Origin: Bacillota bacterium
GTDB taxonomy: Bacteria > Bacillota_I > Bacilli_A > RF39 > UBA660
DNA length: 64,000 nt
Assembly: GCA_015059285.1 (NCBI GenBank)
Contig: SVAS01000002.1
Span: 2,572-66,571, forward strand
Direction: 5' to 3'
Under the pieces are notes generated by a model. It did no database searches. It was given only the letters and a program-made list of their open reading frames with translations, and had not been told where the DNA came from. Made by a program: the position numbers and the translations under genes. Numbering within the stretch: the stretch's first letter is position 1; each line of letters opens with the position of its first letter. Below are positions 9,053-19,184 of the stretch, one piece after another.

Positions 9053-9853
9053 TTATTTAATCTCTACCTCTTCAAATTCTTTTAATTCACTATAAATACC
9101 TATATTATTTATTTTTGTTTGAGCTCCTTTATATAGAACTAATTTGTTTTCTATTATTTCACATTTCAATGTTAAATAATAATCATTGCTAGTATATACT
9201 ATTGCCTTATTTTCATCTATAATTCTATATTGATTCTTCAAAGATAAATTAAGAGTTGTTTTAATTGTTAGGCAAAAAATTATTGCTATAAAAATTAATG
9301 GAAGTGGTTTAAGAAAATCAAATAATATTTTTTGTTTACTCATATTATTCATATCATCTTGTTTATTTTCTCTAAACAAAAAATATGAAATAAGTACTTC
9401 TACAAAAACAAAAATAACAAAACTTACTAAACTTGATATAAAATTATTATTAGAATTTTCTATAAAAACAAAAAATACATTTAATGTAATTATTTTTAAA
9501 ATATTGCATAAATTGCTCTTACATAAATAATTTTTGTTTTTAAAGTTATCACTTAGTTGTTTATAATATATTAATATAATTCCAAAACAAAACACAAAAA
9601 TAACCGATAAACATAGTTCATATAAAAAATTTTGATCATGATATTTATACAAATTAATATTCAACCCATAATAATAAAAATATGCATTTGCTATAATATA
9701 TTCAACAAATTTAAACGCATTTAAAATTACTACACCAAGTGCAGTAATAACTGCAATGCTCCAAGCATAATTATTTTTAATTAACTCTACTAAAGTTTTT
9801 GTGAGATTTGTTTCCTTTTGTTTTAATTCTTTTTTTACCATAATAACCTCCAT
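9053..9853 (-). CDS. Polytopic membrane protein of unknown function (element cargo)
   Basis: 266 aa with at least 5 predicted TM helices and no recognisable motifs. It lies between the element end and the recombinase. Confidence 0.4.
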   Translation of the reverse strand: MEVIMVKKELKQKETNLTKTLVELIKNNYAWSIAVITALGVVILNAFKFVEYIIANAYFYYYGLNINLYKYHDQNFLYELCLSVIFVFCFGIILIYYKQLSDNFKNKNYLCKSNLCNILKIITLNVFFVFIENSNNNFISSLVSFVIFVFVEVLISYFLFRENKQDDMNNMSKQKILFDFLKPLPLIFIAIIFCLTIKTTLNLSLKNQYRIIDENKAIVYTSNDYYLTLKCEIIENKLVLYKGAQTKINNIGIYSELKEFEEVEIK

Positions 9854-9890
9854 AATTAAATCTATTGTTATATATTATAACACTATTTAA

Positions 9891-11567
9891 TTATAGATTT
9901 GATTTTTTTTGATATTTTTTTACATTTTTGTCATAAGGATTTCTTGATAAATTTCTATTCTCATACTTAAAATTTATTTCTGGTATAACCTCATATTTGA
10001 ATTTAATATTTATATTTCTATTTTCATCTATTACAATTTTATCTATTAATGCATCAATTAGTTCTTTTTTGGGTTTATTTAAATCTAATAATTTTTTGAT
10101 TTTTTTAGTATAATCTGGCAAAATATTTGCTTTATTTTTTATGTTTTCAATTTTATTCTTTTCTGTTTCAATACTATTATTAATTTTCTTTAATTTCTTT
10201 TCTGATTGTACAGATAGTTCCTTATAAAGTTCAGCTGTTATTATTCCATCACATCTATCATTATATAAATTAGATAATCTATTAATTATTTGTTCTTTTT
10301 CTAAAGTTAATTTATCAATAATTTTATCAATACTTTCTGTTTCTTTATGTATATTTTTAACAACTTCTCTATTTAATTCTTGCAAATCTAATTCATTAAT
10401 AAATATAGATACAGCTGATTCAAATTGTTCTAATAATTGTTGTTCTAAATAATCATATGGATAAAAATGAGAAGAACATCTACCCCTTTTTGGATCTCTA
10501 GAGTATCTATTACAATTAATTGACCAGTAATCAAGTTTCTTTCTATAATAAACTGATAATCTATTACCACACTCTTTGCAATATATTTTTCCTTCAAATA
10601 TTCTTTTTGGTCTAGTCGTCTTTAAAGCATAATTTCTAGAATGTCTATTCTTTAAAGTTTGTACATATTCAAATGTTTTTTTATCTACTAATGGTTCGTG
10701 AGTATTTTCTACTATTATCCATAAGCTTTTATCTAATGTTATTTTCTTCTTTGATTTATAATTAACTTTTGATTGAGTGTGTTGTACCATATCACCTGTA
10801 TAAATTCTATTTGTAAGAATCTTTTTTACTGAAGATATATTCCACTCATCTCTAATAATTATTCTTGAAGAAAATTTAATATTCTTATATTGACTTGGAG
10901 TTGGTATATTTTCATTATTAAGTCTAGTTGCTATTTCTGTAGGACCAATACCATCTACTCGCCATTTAAATATTTTTTTTACTGCAGGAGCTGTTTTAGG
11001 ATCTGGTATTAAATGTCCCTTATCTTCTGGATCTCTCATATATCCATAACTCGGTTTACTACCTATAAATTTTCCATTACGTCTCTTGTCATTAAGTACA
11101 TTTTTTATCTTAATAGAATTTTGTTTACTATAATAATCATTACAAGCAATAATAAATGTTGATGAATCATTGCTTGCTTGATTTTTAAAACTATCGTATG
11201 ATTCTAGAATTGAAATAAATCTAATACTGTTTTCTGGAAAAAATGTTTCTATGTAATATCCTGTCATAACATGATCTCTACCAAATCTTGATAAATCTTT
11301 AACTATCACACAATTAATTTTTTTCTTTTTAATATCTTCTAACATTTTTTGAAATCCGGGTCTATCAAAATTTGTTCCTGAATATCCATCATCAACATAT
11401 TCTCCAGATAAATTAAAATTATTATTTTTAACATAACTTTTTAATAATTCTTTTTGATTAATAACACTCTCACTATCAGATTCATATTTTTTATCTTTAT
11501 CTTCTTGAGATAACCTAATATATATTCCTACATTAAATTCTTGTTCAATCAAGTAATTATTGTACAT
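9891..11567 (-). CDS. Large serine recombinase (resolvase/invertase catalytic domain + recombinase domain + zinc ribbon/coiled coil)
   Basis: 558 aa. N-terminal VGIYIRLSQEDKD with catalytic Ser, ...VIVKDLSRFGRD. The large C-terminal extension with Cys cluster (CKECGNRL...CNRY...C) and coiled coil is typical of SpoIVCA/phiC31-type integrases. Confidence 0.85.
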   Translation of the reverse strand: MYNNYLIEQEFNVGIYIRLSQEDKDKKYESDSESVINQKELLKSYVKNNNFNLSGEYVDDGYSGTNFDRPGFQKMLEDIKKKKINCVIVKDLSRFGRDHVMTGYYIETFFPENSIRFISILESYDSFKNQASNDSSTFIIACNDYYSKQNSIKIKNVLNDKRRNGKFIGSKPSYGYMRDPEDKGHLIPDPKTAPAVKKIFKWRVDGIGPTEIATRLNNENIPTPSQYKNIKFSSRIIIRDEWNISSVKKILTNRIYTGDMVQHTQSKVNYKSKKKITLDKSLWIIVENTHEPLVDKKTFEYVQTLKNRHSRNYALKTTRPKRIFEGKIYCKECGNRLSVYYRKKLDYWSINCNRYSRDPKRGRCSSHFYPYDYLEQQLLEQFESAVSIFINELDLQELNREVVKNIHKETESIDKIIDKLTLEKEQIINRLSNLYNDRCDGIITAELYKELSVQSEKKLKKINNSIETEKNKIENIKNKANILPDYTKKIKKLLDLNKPKKELIDALIDKIVIDENRNINIKFKYEVIPEINFKYENRNLSRNPYDKNVKKYQKKSNL

Positions 11568-12323
11568 TTAATCCTCCTTTTCTTTTACTTGATTGGATAT
11601 TAAGACAATTTAATAATAACGCGCTATTTAGAAAAATACAGCCCATTATTTTCACTTTCTTCATTTTCTTTTGTTATCTCTTCAATAAGATATTTTAATA
11701 TTAAATCTTTAAAAGTTATATTATTATTCATAGCAACACCTATTTAAAGTTATGTTTTGTTTATTTACTTTATTATTTTTTAAACACATTAAAATCCCCC
11801 TTTTTAATTATTAAAAAGTCCCTATGCTTTGGACATAAGAACTATTTTTCAGCTGTAAGTATTACTATAAGATTGTCATAAACATAATCTTTTAATAGAT
11901 TTTCTAGAACAGATTGAATTGTAATTTTTTTATTTTTAGTATTTGTCTAAATGCACCATTAAGATTAGAATCAATAACAAATTTAATTTGAATATTTTTT
12001 TCATTGTTCATTTTTTCATCTCCTTTCTTTAAATTTTGGTATCAGATTTATGTACCTAAAATTGCTAATTTTCAAATCTTGTTTCAATTAAAAAAAGCAG
12101 GATAACCCCTGTTTACAAACAACTCACCAGCGGTGAGTTTACCATTATTTTATAAGGCATTAGTAAAATTGTAAGTATATACATTTTAGTAAAGTGTTAT
12201 ACAATCGTACACACTTTTTCGCGTTTTTTTGAGCTTGTTTTCGTACCTAAAAATATAACTTTTTTAATATTTTTGGTACTTTAATTTTTATATTATTTAT
12301 TTTTAAAGGGGGTATGGTAGAAT

Positions 12324-12527
12324 ATGAAAAAAGCACTGACTTTATTTTTAAAATCAGCGCTAGATACACTCTTATGTACAGTTATTTCATATTCTACCGT
12401 AATTATAACACGTATTTTCCTTATATCAATATGGAACTTTTGTCTGAAAAAATGTCTGACGAAAACTCTAAGAGCCATTGAAAATACTGGTATTTTTTTA
12501 ATAGGTAAAAGCTTATCTAAAAAGTGA
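12324..12527 (+). CDS. Small hydrophobic protein (67 aa) with very strong RBS; function unknown (toxin-like or regulatory?)
   Basis: AAAGGGGGT RBS 7 nt upstream of ATG. Cys-rich hydrophobic peptide inside the element's 1-kb non-coding stretch. Weakly supported. Confidence 0.2.
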   Translation: MKKALTLFLKSALDTLLCTVISYSTVIITRIFLISIWNFCLKKCLTKTLRAIENTGIFLIGKSLSKK

Positions 12528-12563
12528 TTGACAGGGGTAGGTATTTTTTTGTTTTAAATTTTT

Positions 12564-13655
12564 TTATATTCCTGATTTTCTTCTATTACATTCTCTGCAT
12601 AACATTTGACAATTTTCTGGTGTTGTTTTACCACCTAAATGCCATGGAGTTATATGATCAGCTTCCATTTCCTCTATTTCAAAATGTTCTTTACAATTAG
12701 AACAAATACCTTTTTGTCTTTGATAAGCTTCTCTTTTTTGATTATCTGTAAAAGACCTAATACTTAAATATTTTTCTTTGCCAGTTATCAAATAATAATA
12801 TATCCCTGATTTTTTAGTTACATCATCATCTTTTAATAATTTTTGAATTTGCATTTCTAGTTTATCAGAATTATATTTTTGATCTTTATATTGGTTAAAT
12901 AAATTGCCCCAATCTAACCCTTTCATCTCTTTTCGATAAACTGGAAATAACCTCTTAACCCAATCTATAACATCTTGATAATACATCCATAATTCATTGG
13001 CATCATTATCATGTTGATGTTCTGACATATAGTCTTCAATTGTTTTACTATCTTTAGCAGAAATCCAATATAAAACTTTCTCTAAATAATCTTGTCTAAT
13101 AGTTGAACCACTCATGTATTTTTCACCAATTTGATAGGCAGGACAAGCAGTTTTACTAAAATGTCTTTTAGCATCAGTTAACCATTCTCCAGTATAAATT
13201 GCATTTCTTAATTCTTGATCTGTTAATTTTTCTCCAGCAATATTTATTATCTTAAACCAATCTTGTATTTCTTTATCATTACCTTTGCAAAAATAAATTA
13301 ATAATTTATAATTTAAAATATGATTTCTTTCAGTCTCTGTTAAATTGTGGAAAGCTCTACTATTGATAGAATAACTACCATCTACATATTCACAAATACT
13401 TATTGTTCTTTGTTGTCCATCTAATACTTCATATGTACCATCATCATTGCATATCCAGTACATAACATTCAACGGAAAATCACTATTAACACTATTAATA
13501 ACTTCATTTCTTTGTTTTTCATTATAAACAAATTCTCTTTGATATTTAGGTCTTATATTTAATTTACCACCATATCCTACAACACCATTCTCATCATCAT
13601 TAACATAATCTTTCACAACCTCACTAACAGGTATTTCTTTTAATTTAATTTCCAT
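12564..13655 (-). CDS. DUF262 (ParB-like nuclease, DGQQR motif) + C-terminal HNH endonuclease; GmrSD-like restriction nuclease
   Basis: YQREFVY ... LDGQQRTISI in the N-terminal DUF262. C-terminus DHITPWHLGGKTTPENCQMLCRECNRRK is a canonical HNH. 11-nt overlap with the upstream methyltransferase gene suggests an operon. Confidence 0.75.
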   Translation of the reverse strand: MEIKLKEIPVSEVVKDYVNDDENGVVGYGGKLNIRPKYQREFVYNEKQRNEVINSVNSDFPLNVMYWICNDDGTYEVLDGQQRTISICEYVDGSYSINSRAFHNLTETERNHILNYKLLIYFCKGNDKEIQDWFKIINIAGEKLTDQELRNAIYTGEWLTDAKRHFSKTACPAYQIGEKYMSGSTIRQDYLEKVLYWISAKDSKTIEDYMSEHQHDNDANELWMYYQDVIDWVKRLFPVYRKEMKGLDWGNLFNQYKDQKYNSDKLEMQIQKLLKDDDVTKKSGIYYYLITGKEKYLSIRSFTDNQKREAYQRQKGICSNCKEHFEIEEMEADHITPWHLGGKTTPENCQMLCRECNRRKSGI

Positions 13656-14751
13656 AATTTTTCTCCTCTTCTGTTTTTATTAATATTATTCTTGCATAAG
13701 GGACAACAGGATGCCCCTGTGAATCTAGCATATATAAATCTCCATCCACAGCTCCTTTGTGTTGAACTTCTTTACGATATTTTTTATGTTCCGGTTTATA
13801 GGGCTTTACTCCTATCTCCAAACCAGAGTTTGATATTCCTAAACCTAACAAATTAAATTGTTGAGGATTGTATTTATCAAGAAAAGTAATAGGAACTCCC
13901 ATATATCCATTGTAATCTTTAGGAATTTCTGTATATGAATTAATATTTATTGCATCAAAATTTTCATATTTTTGATATTTTTCTTTTGAATAAACTTCAT
14001 ATAATATCAATCTTTCATTATGCCTTTTCACTGGTAAATTCGTAAACCAACAAGATGTAGCAACTCTTACCATTTTTTTACCATCAATAATTTTATGGAA
14101 TTTTTCTGTACTTTCTGGAACAAAGAAATACATACCAACATTAAAATTTGTATATCCCGTTCTTATATTATCTTCTTTAAATAATTTAAAAATTTCTTTG
14201 TATGATAATGCATTTGTGTTGCCCATAATTATAAATTGTTTATTATATTCAATTAATTGTGCAACATACTCTCTAAATAAACTAAAAGGAGGATTGGTTA
14301 CAACAATATCAGATTCTTTTAATAATTCTATACATTCATCTGATCTAAAATCACCATCTTCTTTTAAATATGTTAATGTGTTTTTTTTGTTTTTAATTAA
14401 ATATTCAACATCCAACAAATCAGTAGCACCATCTTCATTATTGTCATCAACTTCTGTTATTTCTATCTTATAAGCTTTCTTATTGTCAGATAAAAGTAAT
14501 TGTGTATTTGCTACTGGCGATGTTGCATAACAAGTTGCGATTAGCTTTTTTAAGCCAAGAAAATTAAAATTCATTGCAAAGTATTTAAAAAAATTACTTT
14601 CATATGGATCATCACAATTACAAAATACAACTTTATCTTTAAATTCTTTCCTATAATTATTTAATTCTTTTTCTATATCTGATAATTGAGTGTAAAATTC
14701 ATCATTTTTTGCTTTATTTGCATTCCTTAAATCCTTATTTTTATTTGCCAT
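13645..14751 (-). CDS. N6-adenine DNA methyltransferase (NPPF motif IV; resembles EcoRI-methylase-like family)
   Basis: VVTNPPFSLFREY catalytic motif. N-terminal NDEFYTQ...VVFCNCDDP...SNFFKYF resembles M.EcoRI-family proteins (from memory, unverified). Confidence 0.65.
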   Translation of the reverse strand: MANKNKDLRNANKAKNDEFYTQLSDIEKELNNYRKEFKDKVVFCNCDDPYESNFFKYFAMNFNFLGLKKLIATCYATSPVANTQLLLSDNKKAYKIEITEVDDNNEDGATDLLDVEYLIKNKKNTLTYLKEDGDFRSDECIELLKESDIVVTNPPFSLFREYVAQLIEYNKQFIIMGNTNALSYKEIFKLFKEDNIRTGYTNFNVGMYFFVPESTEKFHKIIDGKKMVRVATSCWFTNLPVKRHNERLILYEVYSKEKYQKYENFDAININSYTEIPKDYNGYMGVPITFLDKYNPQQFNLLGLGISNSGLEIGVKPYKPEHKKYRKEVQHKGAVDGDLYMLDSQGHPVVPYARIILIKTEEEKNYGN

Positions 14752-14860
14752 ACTCGCACTTCCTAATAATTAAATTATATCATAAAAAAGCATCTTTTTT
14801 TGAATTTTGGTAATATTTTCCTTATAAAAATTAAATTTTAGCAAATAAAAAGAAAGAATT

Positions 14861-15715
14861 TTATCTTTCTTGTCTATTTTTTGATAATTCACTCACGATT
14901 AAATCTTCAGAATGCAAATTGTTATTTTTTCCTAATAATAAATTTTCATAAAACTTAACCAAATAACTTTTATCTTCTTTTACACCTAATTTATTATTAA
15001 AATAATTACTTCTAACTAAGGCATTTCTAAAATACACAGATTTCTCTTTAAATAAACTATTATCTACATTATACCCTAAACTAATTAAATATTTTTCTAT
15101 AAATAAAGCTGTTGTTCTTGTATTACCTTCTCTGAATGGATGTACTTGCCATATATTAGAAGAAAATTTAGTTATATTATTTATAACTTCCACTATATTC
15201 ATATCTTTATAATTTTTTTCTTTTTCTAAAGATATATCATATTCCAAAGATTCTTCTAAAGTTCTACAATCTCCATATGCTACAGAATCTTTATTTAAAA
15301 TAATTTCCGGTTTAGAAAAATCAACTACTCTAAAATTACCAGCAAACTCATAAACATCTTGAAATAGATATTTATGTACATATTTTAAATAATCTACAGA
15401 CAATTCAAATTTATCTTCTTGTAATAATTCTACAATTCTGGTTGAAACAAAATCACATTCTAATTCATTATAGTTTACTTCATTTTTCTTTTCTTTTTCT
15501 ACATAATAATTTCTTAATTCTTCTTTTACTTGATCTAAACTTAATTTACCAACAATATTTTCTTCTAAAAGTTCTTCAAGTTGTTTAGAAGGTTTTAAGT
15601 TATCAACTTCTTGCAAACCAATAGCCATATCCCATTGAATCTGTTTTATATAATTATTAGTTTGATATACTTCTTCATATTCATTAACACTTGAATCAAA
15701 TTCTTTTTCATTCAT
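14861..15715 (-). CDS. Fic/DOC family protein (putative AMPylator/toxin)
   Basis: HPFREGNTRTTALF matches the Fic active-site motif HPFx[DE]GNGRxxR. Confidence 0.75.
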   Translation of the reverse strand: MNEKEFDSSVNEYEEVYQTNNYIKQIQWDMAIGLQEVDNLKPSKQLEELLEENIVGKLSLDQVKEELRNYYVEKEKKNEVNYNELECDFVSTRIVELLQEDKFELSVDYLKYVHKYLFQDVYEFAGNFRVVDFSKPEIILNKDSVAYGDCRTLEESLEYDISLEKEKNYKDMNIVEVINNITKFSSNIWQVHPFREGNTRTTALFIEKYLISLGYNVDNSLFKEKSVYFRNALVRSNYFNNKLGVKEDKSYLVKFYENLLLGKNNNLHSEDLIVSELSKNRQER

Positions 15716-15779
15716 AAGATAACCTCCTTAATTAAAAAATTATATTTCTAATATCACTTTAACATTAAAAATAAATATT

Positions 15780-17633
15780 TTAAATTTTTCTTACAGAATC
15801 ATATGCAATTGATATTTTCTCAAATATATTATCTGTTTCATTAATTAATATTTTTTTAACTTTATCTATATTTTTTATAAAATTAAACAAAGAGTATGTA
15901 TTTTTTTCGGAATCTCTATATACATCTATATAATCAATATAAAATGAAATTGTATCATTTACAATATCGTACAAAAAACCTACAGTTGTTTCCATTTGCA
16001 AATTTTTATTTCCATGAAATTGTTTGTTTCTTAAATAATACGAATTCATTAACAATTCTTTTGCTTCATTATGAAACTTTTGAAAATATAATTCGTATTG
16101 AGATACTAGTTTTATAACTTGTTCATATTTCCAAGTCAAAAAATCACAATTATTTGGATTTCTTTTATCAAAATTTAAAAAAATATTTTCTACAAAATTA
16201 TTACTTAATTTATTAAACCCTTTATACATTTTATTAATTTGCACTGCGGTTAAATATATATATCCTGATATCATTCTATCTGCTACCAAATAACTTCCAT
16301 ATTCCTCTAATGATTTAGAAATATTATCCCCTGCATTTCTAAATAAAGTTTCCAAAGCAAACCAAGTATTAGTAAACTTAGTTAATGTTGATTCTGAATT
16401 CTTATAATACGGCAACAATTGGACTGCCTCATCTATAATTTTATTGATATCATTATCACTATTATCAATAATATATCTTTTAAATACGTCTGAATACGCA
16501 ATTCTATCTTGTGTTAATGGTTTAAAAATATCATCATAAAAATTATAATAATTTATAAATTTTTTCTGCTCTTTGTGTTCTATTAAAAGATAATCTCCTA
16601 CAGCTCCCACTTTTATTCCAGAATATAGCATTGAACCAATAAACGGTTGAAGTACTTTCTGTTTAAATTTACGAATTGCTTGCCATATATCTTTACTATA
16701 AATTTCTGATGATAAATAATAATTATTATCATCCTTTATTTTTAAATTACTGATAATTTCTGTTAAAATTTTTTTATTATTAATTTTTGAGTCCTCTAAA
16801 AATTTAACTAATCCAGACTTACTATATATAATATAATTATTATTTCCAGATTGTTTTAATGCATTTAATAATTTTTCATCAAAATCTTTATCCATTTTTA
16901 TAAATATCGTATACTTATTGTCTGTACCATATTGTTCTGCAAACTTAATAAACATATCACTAAAAGAAGAAAAAGACTTTCTCTTAAAAAAATTTCTATA
17001 CGCATCACGTATTATTTTTTTAATTTCAAAAATACTTATTCCTATATAATCTATCAATAAAGCAAAATATTCATTAGACAATTCTGCTATTTTATCAAAA
17101 TTATCATATTTAATCTCTTTATTTGTTACTAAATCATATAAGTTATCTGATATAGTATCAAAATACTTATTATTAATTAAACTTATATAAATTAATTTTA
17201 AATTTTCTATTAAATTTAAATCATCATTTTCATTAATAAATTGAATATATCTTTTTTTATGATCTTCATTTATAAATTTATTGGTTTTTATAGCATCTCT
17301 TATATAATCTATTTTGTATTTTGGAATTTTAGCCATTTTTTCTTTAGTTTCAAATTGTTTATTTATATCCTCATAATAAGAAATTATTTTATTTATTTTT
17401 CCTAATAATGAATTGTTCAAGTTTCTACTTCCCAACATAGAAATACTACTTAAATTTTCTATAATATAGTTTAAAAAGAACATCATATTTCTATTCTTTA
17501 ATCCAATTTTTTCAAAATCATTATTACAGACAATATTTTTACTAGAAAAAAGCAATTGTTTAATAAATCTTTCTTTATTTTCCAAAACCTTACTACTTGT
17601 TAACAAATACTCTTCCTTAACCATATTACACAT
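15780..17633 (-). CDS. Large (617 aa) uncharacterised protein with C-terminal HEPN-like Rx4H motif (LRNKQFHG); putative abortive-infection/defense effector
   Basis: No NTPase motifs. The C-terminal helical region ...TWFALETLFRNAGD...YYLRNKQFHGNKN is suggestive of a HEPN RNase fold. Located in the defense cargo. Confidence 0.35.
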   Translation of the reverse strand: MCNMVKEEYLLTSSKVLENKERFIKQLLFSSKNIVCNNDFEKIGLKNRNMMFFLNYIIENLSSISMLGSRNLNNSLLGKINKIISYYEDINKQFETKEKMAKIPKYKIDYIRDAIKTNKFINEDHKKRYIQFINENDDLNLIENLKLIYISLINNKYFDTISDNLYDLVTNKEIKYDNFDKIAELSNEYFALLIDYIGISIFEIKKIIRDAYRNFFKRKSFSSFSDMFIKFAEQYGTDNKYTIFIKMDKDFDEKLLNALKQSGNNNYIIYSKSGLVKFLEDSKINNKKILTEIISNLKIKDDNNYYLSSEIYSKDIWQAIRKFKQKVLQPFIGSMLYSGIKVGAVGDYLLIEHKEQKKFINYYNFYDDIFKPLTQDRIAYSDVFKRYIIDNSDNDINKIIDEAVQLLPYYKNSESTLTKFTNTWFALETLFRNAGDNISKSLEEYGSYLVADRMISGYIYLTAVQINKMYKGFNKLSNNFVENIFLNFDKRNPNNCDFLTWKYEQVIKLVSQYELYFQKFHNEAKELLMNSYYLRNKQFHGNKNLQMETTVGFLYDIVNDTISFYIDYIDVYRDSEKNTYSLFNFIKNIDKVKKILINETDNIFEKISIAYDSVRKI

Positions 17634-17710
17634 CCTTTATACATCTATATTATATCATAACAAGATATATTTTTATAATTAAATATAGATCTTAATACCC
17701 AATCCTCAGT

Positions 17711-17729
17711 TACAGTGGCAAATGCACTC
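17711..17729. repeat. Right terminal inverted repeat of intervening element (tacAGTGGCAAATGcactc)
   Basis: Reverse complement of the left IR core CATTTGCCACT. Confidence 0.6.
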
Positions 17730-17730
17730 C

Positions 17731-17993
17731 CCACCTCCCGCATTTATGTGATTAGATATAACTATAACATCACTATTATTCCCATAGGCATCCAAAACTC
17801 TTCTAACTCTTTCATTAGGATTAACAGTTTCATCCATCATTCTAGTCATTTTTACTGGTATCCCCAATTCATTTAAGCGATTATAAATATAATTGGATAT
17901 TTTTAAAGTTAATTCTTTTTCTATTATTCCGCCACCTACAGCACCACCGTCAGTTCCTCCATGTCCCGCATCAATTACAATTTTATAATTCAT
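17731..17993 (-). pseudogene. N-terminal fragment of the split Amidase_3 gene (MNYKIVIDAGHGG...SNHINAGGG), terminated by element-derived codons ECICHCN*
   Basis: DAGHGG, EK..L.I, MTR, and SNHINAGGG motifs of the MurNAc-LAA (Amidase_3) N-terminal half. The reading frame runs into the element and stops after 7 codons. Confidence 0.65.
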
Positions 17994-18068
17994 GAAATAT
18001 TCCTCCTCAAAATATTTTATGATAAATGTCTACATATGTTCAAATTTAGAGCCAACAAAAAAAGAGTA

Positions 18069-19184
18069 TTATTCAATACTCTTAGTTAATTCAACTTTCA
18101 CATCTTTAATTTTACCACTACGGTAATACTTAATTTCTACTTTATCACCAACTTGATGTTTATAAAGCAAGAAACGGAAATGAGCAATGCTTTTAATTTC
18201 AGTTCCATCAAATTGTAAAAGTATATCTCCTTTTTTTAAGCCTGCATTAAAAGCAGGGCTTCCTTTTTCTACTTCAACAACAGCAATACCATTAGTAACA
18301 TCATCTGGAATAATTATATTGTTTCTATATAAAGCAAAAGTATCGCTTATATCTAACATACTAACACCAAGTAATGGTCTTTGAACTTCTTCTCCAGCTT
18401 CTAACTGATCTACAGTAGCCATAACTAATTCAATCGGAATAGCAAATCCCATACCTTCTATTTCATCTTTTACTAATTTTAAAGAATTAACCCCAATTAC
18501 TTCACCATTGATATTACAAAGAGGTCCGCCACTATTCCCCGGATTAATCGCTGCATCAGTTTGAAGAACTTGCATCATAAATTCACCATTAGATAAACTA
18601 ACTTCTACAGTTCTATCTTTTCCAGATAAGATACCTTTAGTAACTGTACCCATATACTCTAGACCAAGTGGGGAACCAACTGTAAATAATGTATCCCCTA
18701 GTTCTAACGCATCACTATTTCCAATTTCAGCGACTGAAATAACTGCATCAGAAGAAATTGATAAAACTGCTATATCAGCATATGTGTCACTCCCTAATAC
18801 TGATGCCTCTACTGTTTGTCCAGAAGTATTAGTTATCTGAACATTATCAGCATCCTCTATAACATGATTATTAGTTATAATGTATCCATTTTTATCTTCT
18901 TTTTTGTAAACAAAACCTGTCCCACTACTAATTGTTTTACCATTTTTGTAAGATTCTATATACATAACAGCATCATACACTTTATCTAGAGAACTTTTAA
19001 TAGTATCTGTTTCTGTAATTGAAACTTCTTTAATAGTTCTTTCAGTCAACTCATTTTCAGGTATATATTTTATAACTACAATTGTACCTGTTACTCCTAC
19101 AAAAAGAGTTATAATAATTGTTAATAAATAAATTAATTTTTCTCTCATAAGTCCTCCTAAGCTAAATCTACTATATCGTGCCAA
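18069..19184 (-). CDS. htrA: HtrA/DegP-family serine protease (trypsin-like domain + PDZ), membrane-anchored
   Basis: N-terminal TM, catalytic TDAAINPGNSGGPL serine motif, C-terminal PDZ. Confidence 0.8.
   Translation of the reverse strand: MARYSRFSLGGLMREKLIYLLTIIITLFVGVTGTIVVIKYIPENELTERTIKEVSITETDTIKSSLDKVYDAVMYIESYKNGKTISSGTGFVYKKEDKNGYIITNNHVIEDADNVQITNTSGQTVEASVLGSDTYADIAVLSISSDAVISVAEIGNSDALELGDTLFTVGSPLGLEYMGTVTKGILSGKDRTVEVSLSNGEFMMQVLQTDAAINPGNSGGPLCNINGEVIGVNSLKLVKDEIEGMGFAIPIELVMATVDQLEAGEEVQRPLLGVSMLDISDTFALYRNNIIIPDDVTNGIAVVEVEKGSPAFNAGLKKGDILLQFDGTEIKSIAHFRFLLYKHQVGDKVEIKYYRSGKIKDVKVELTKSIE

Larger units (their letters stand above)
9023..17730. mobile_element. About 8.7 kb intervening (skin-like) integrated element interrupting the amidase-LysM gene, with a large serine recombinase and defense cargo
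   Basis: Chromosomal flanks rejoin to ...accatcgCCACCTCccgcattt..., which reads HINAGGGDGAEVIYAL across the junction (Amidase_3 consensus). Both junctions carry a shared CCACCTC core. Element ends are imperfect inverted repeats (CATTTGCCACT core). The recombinase gene is next to the left end. Confidence 0.65.
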
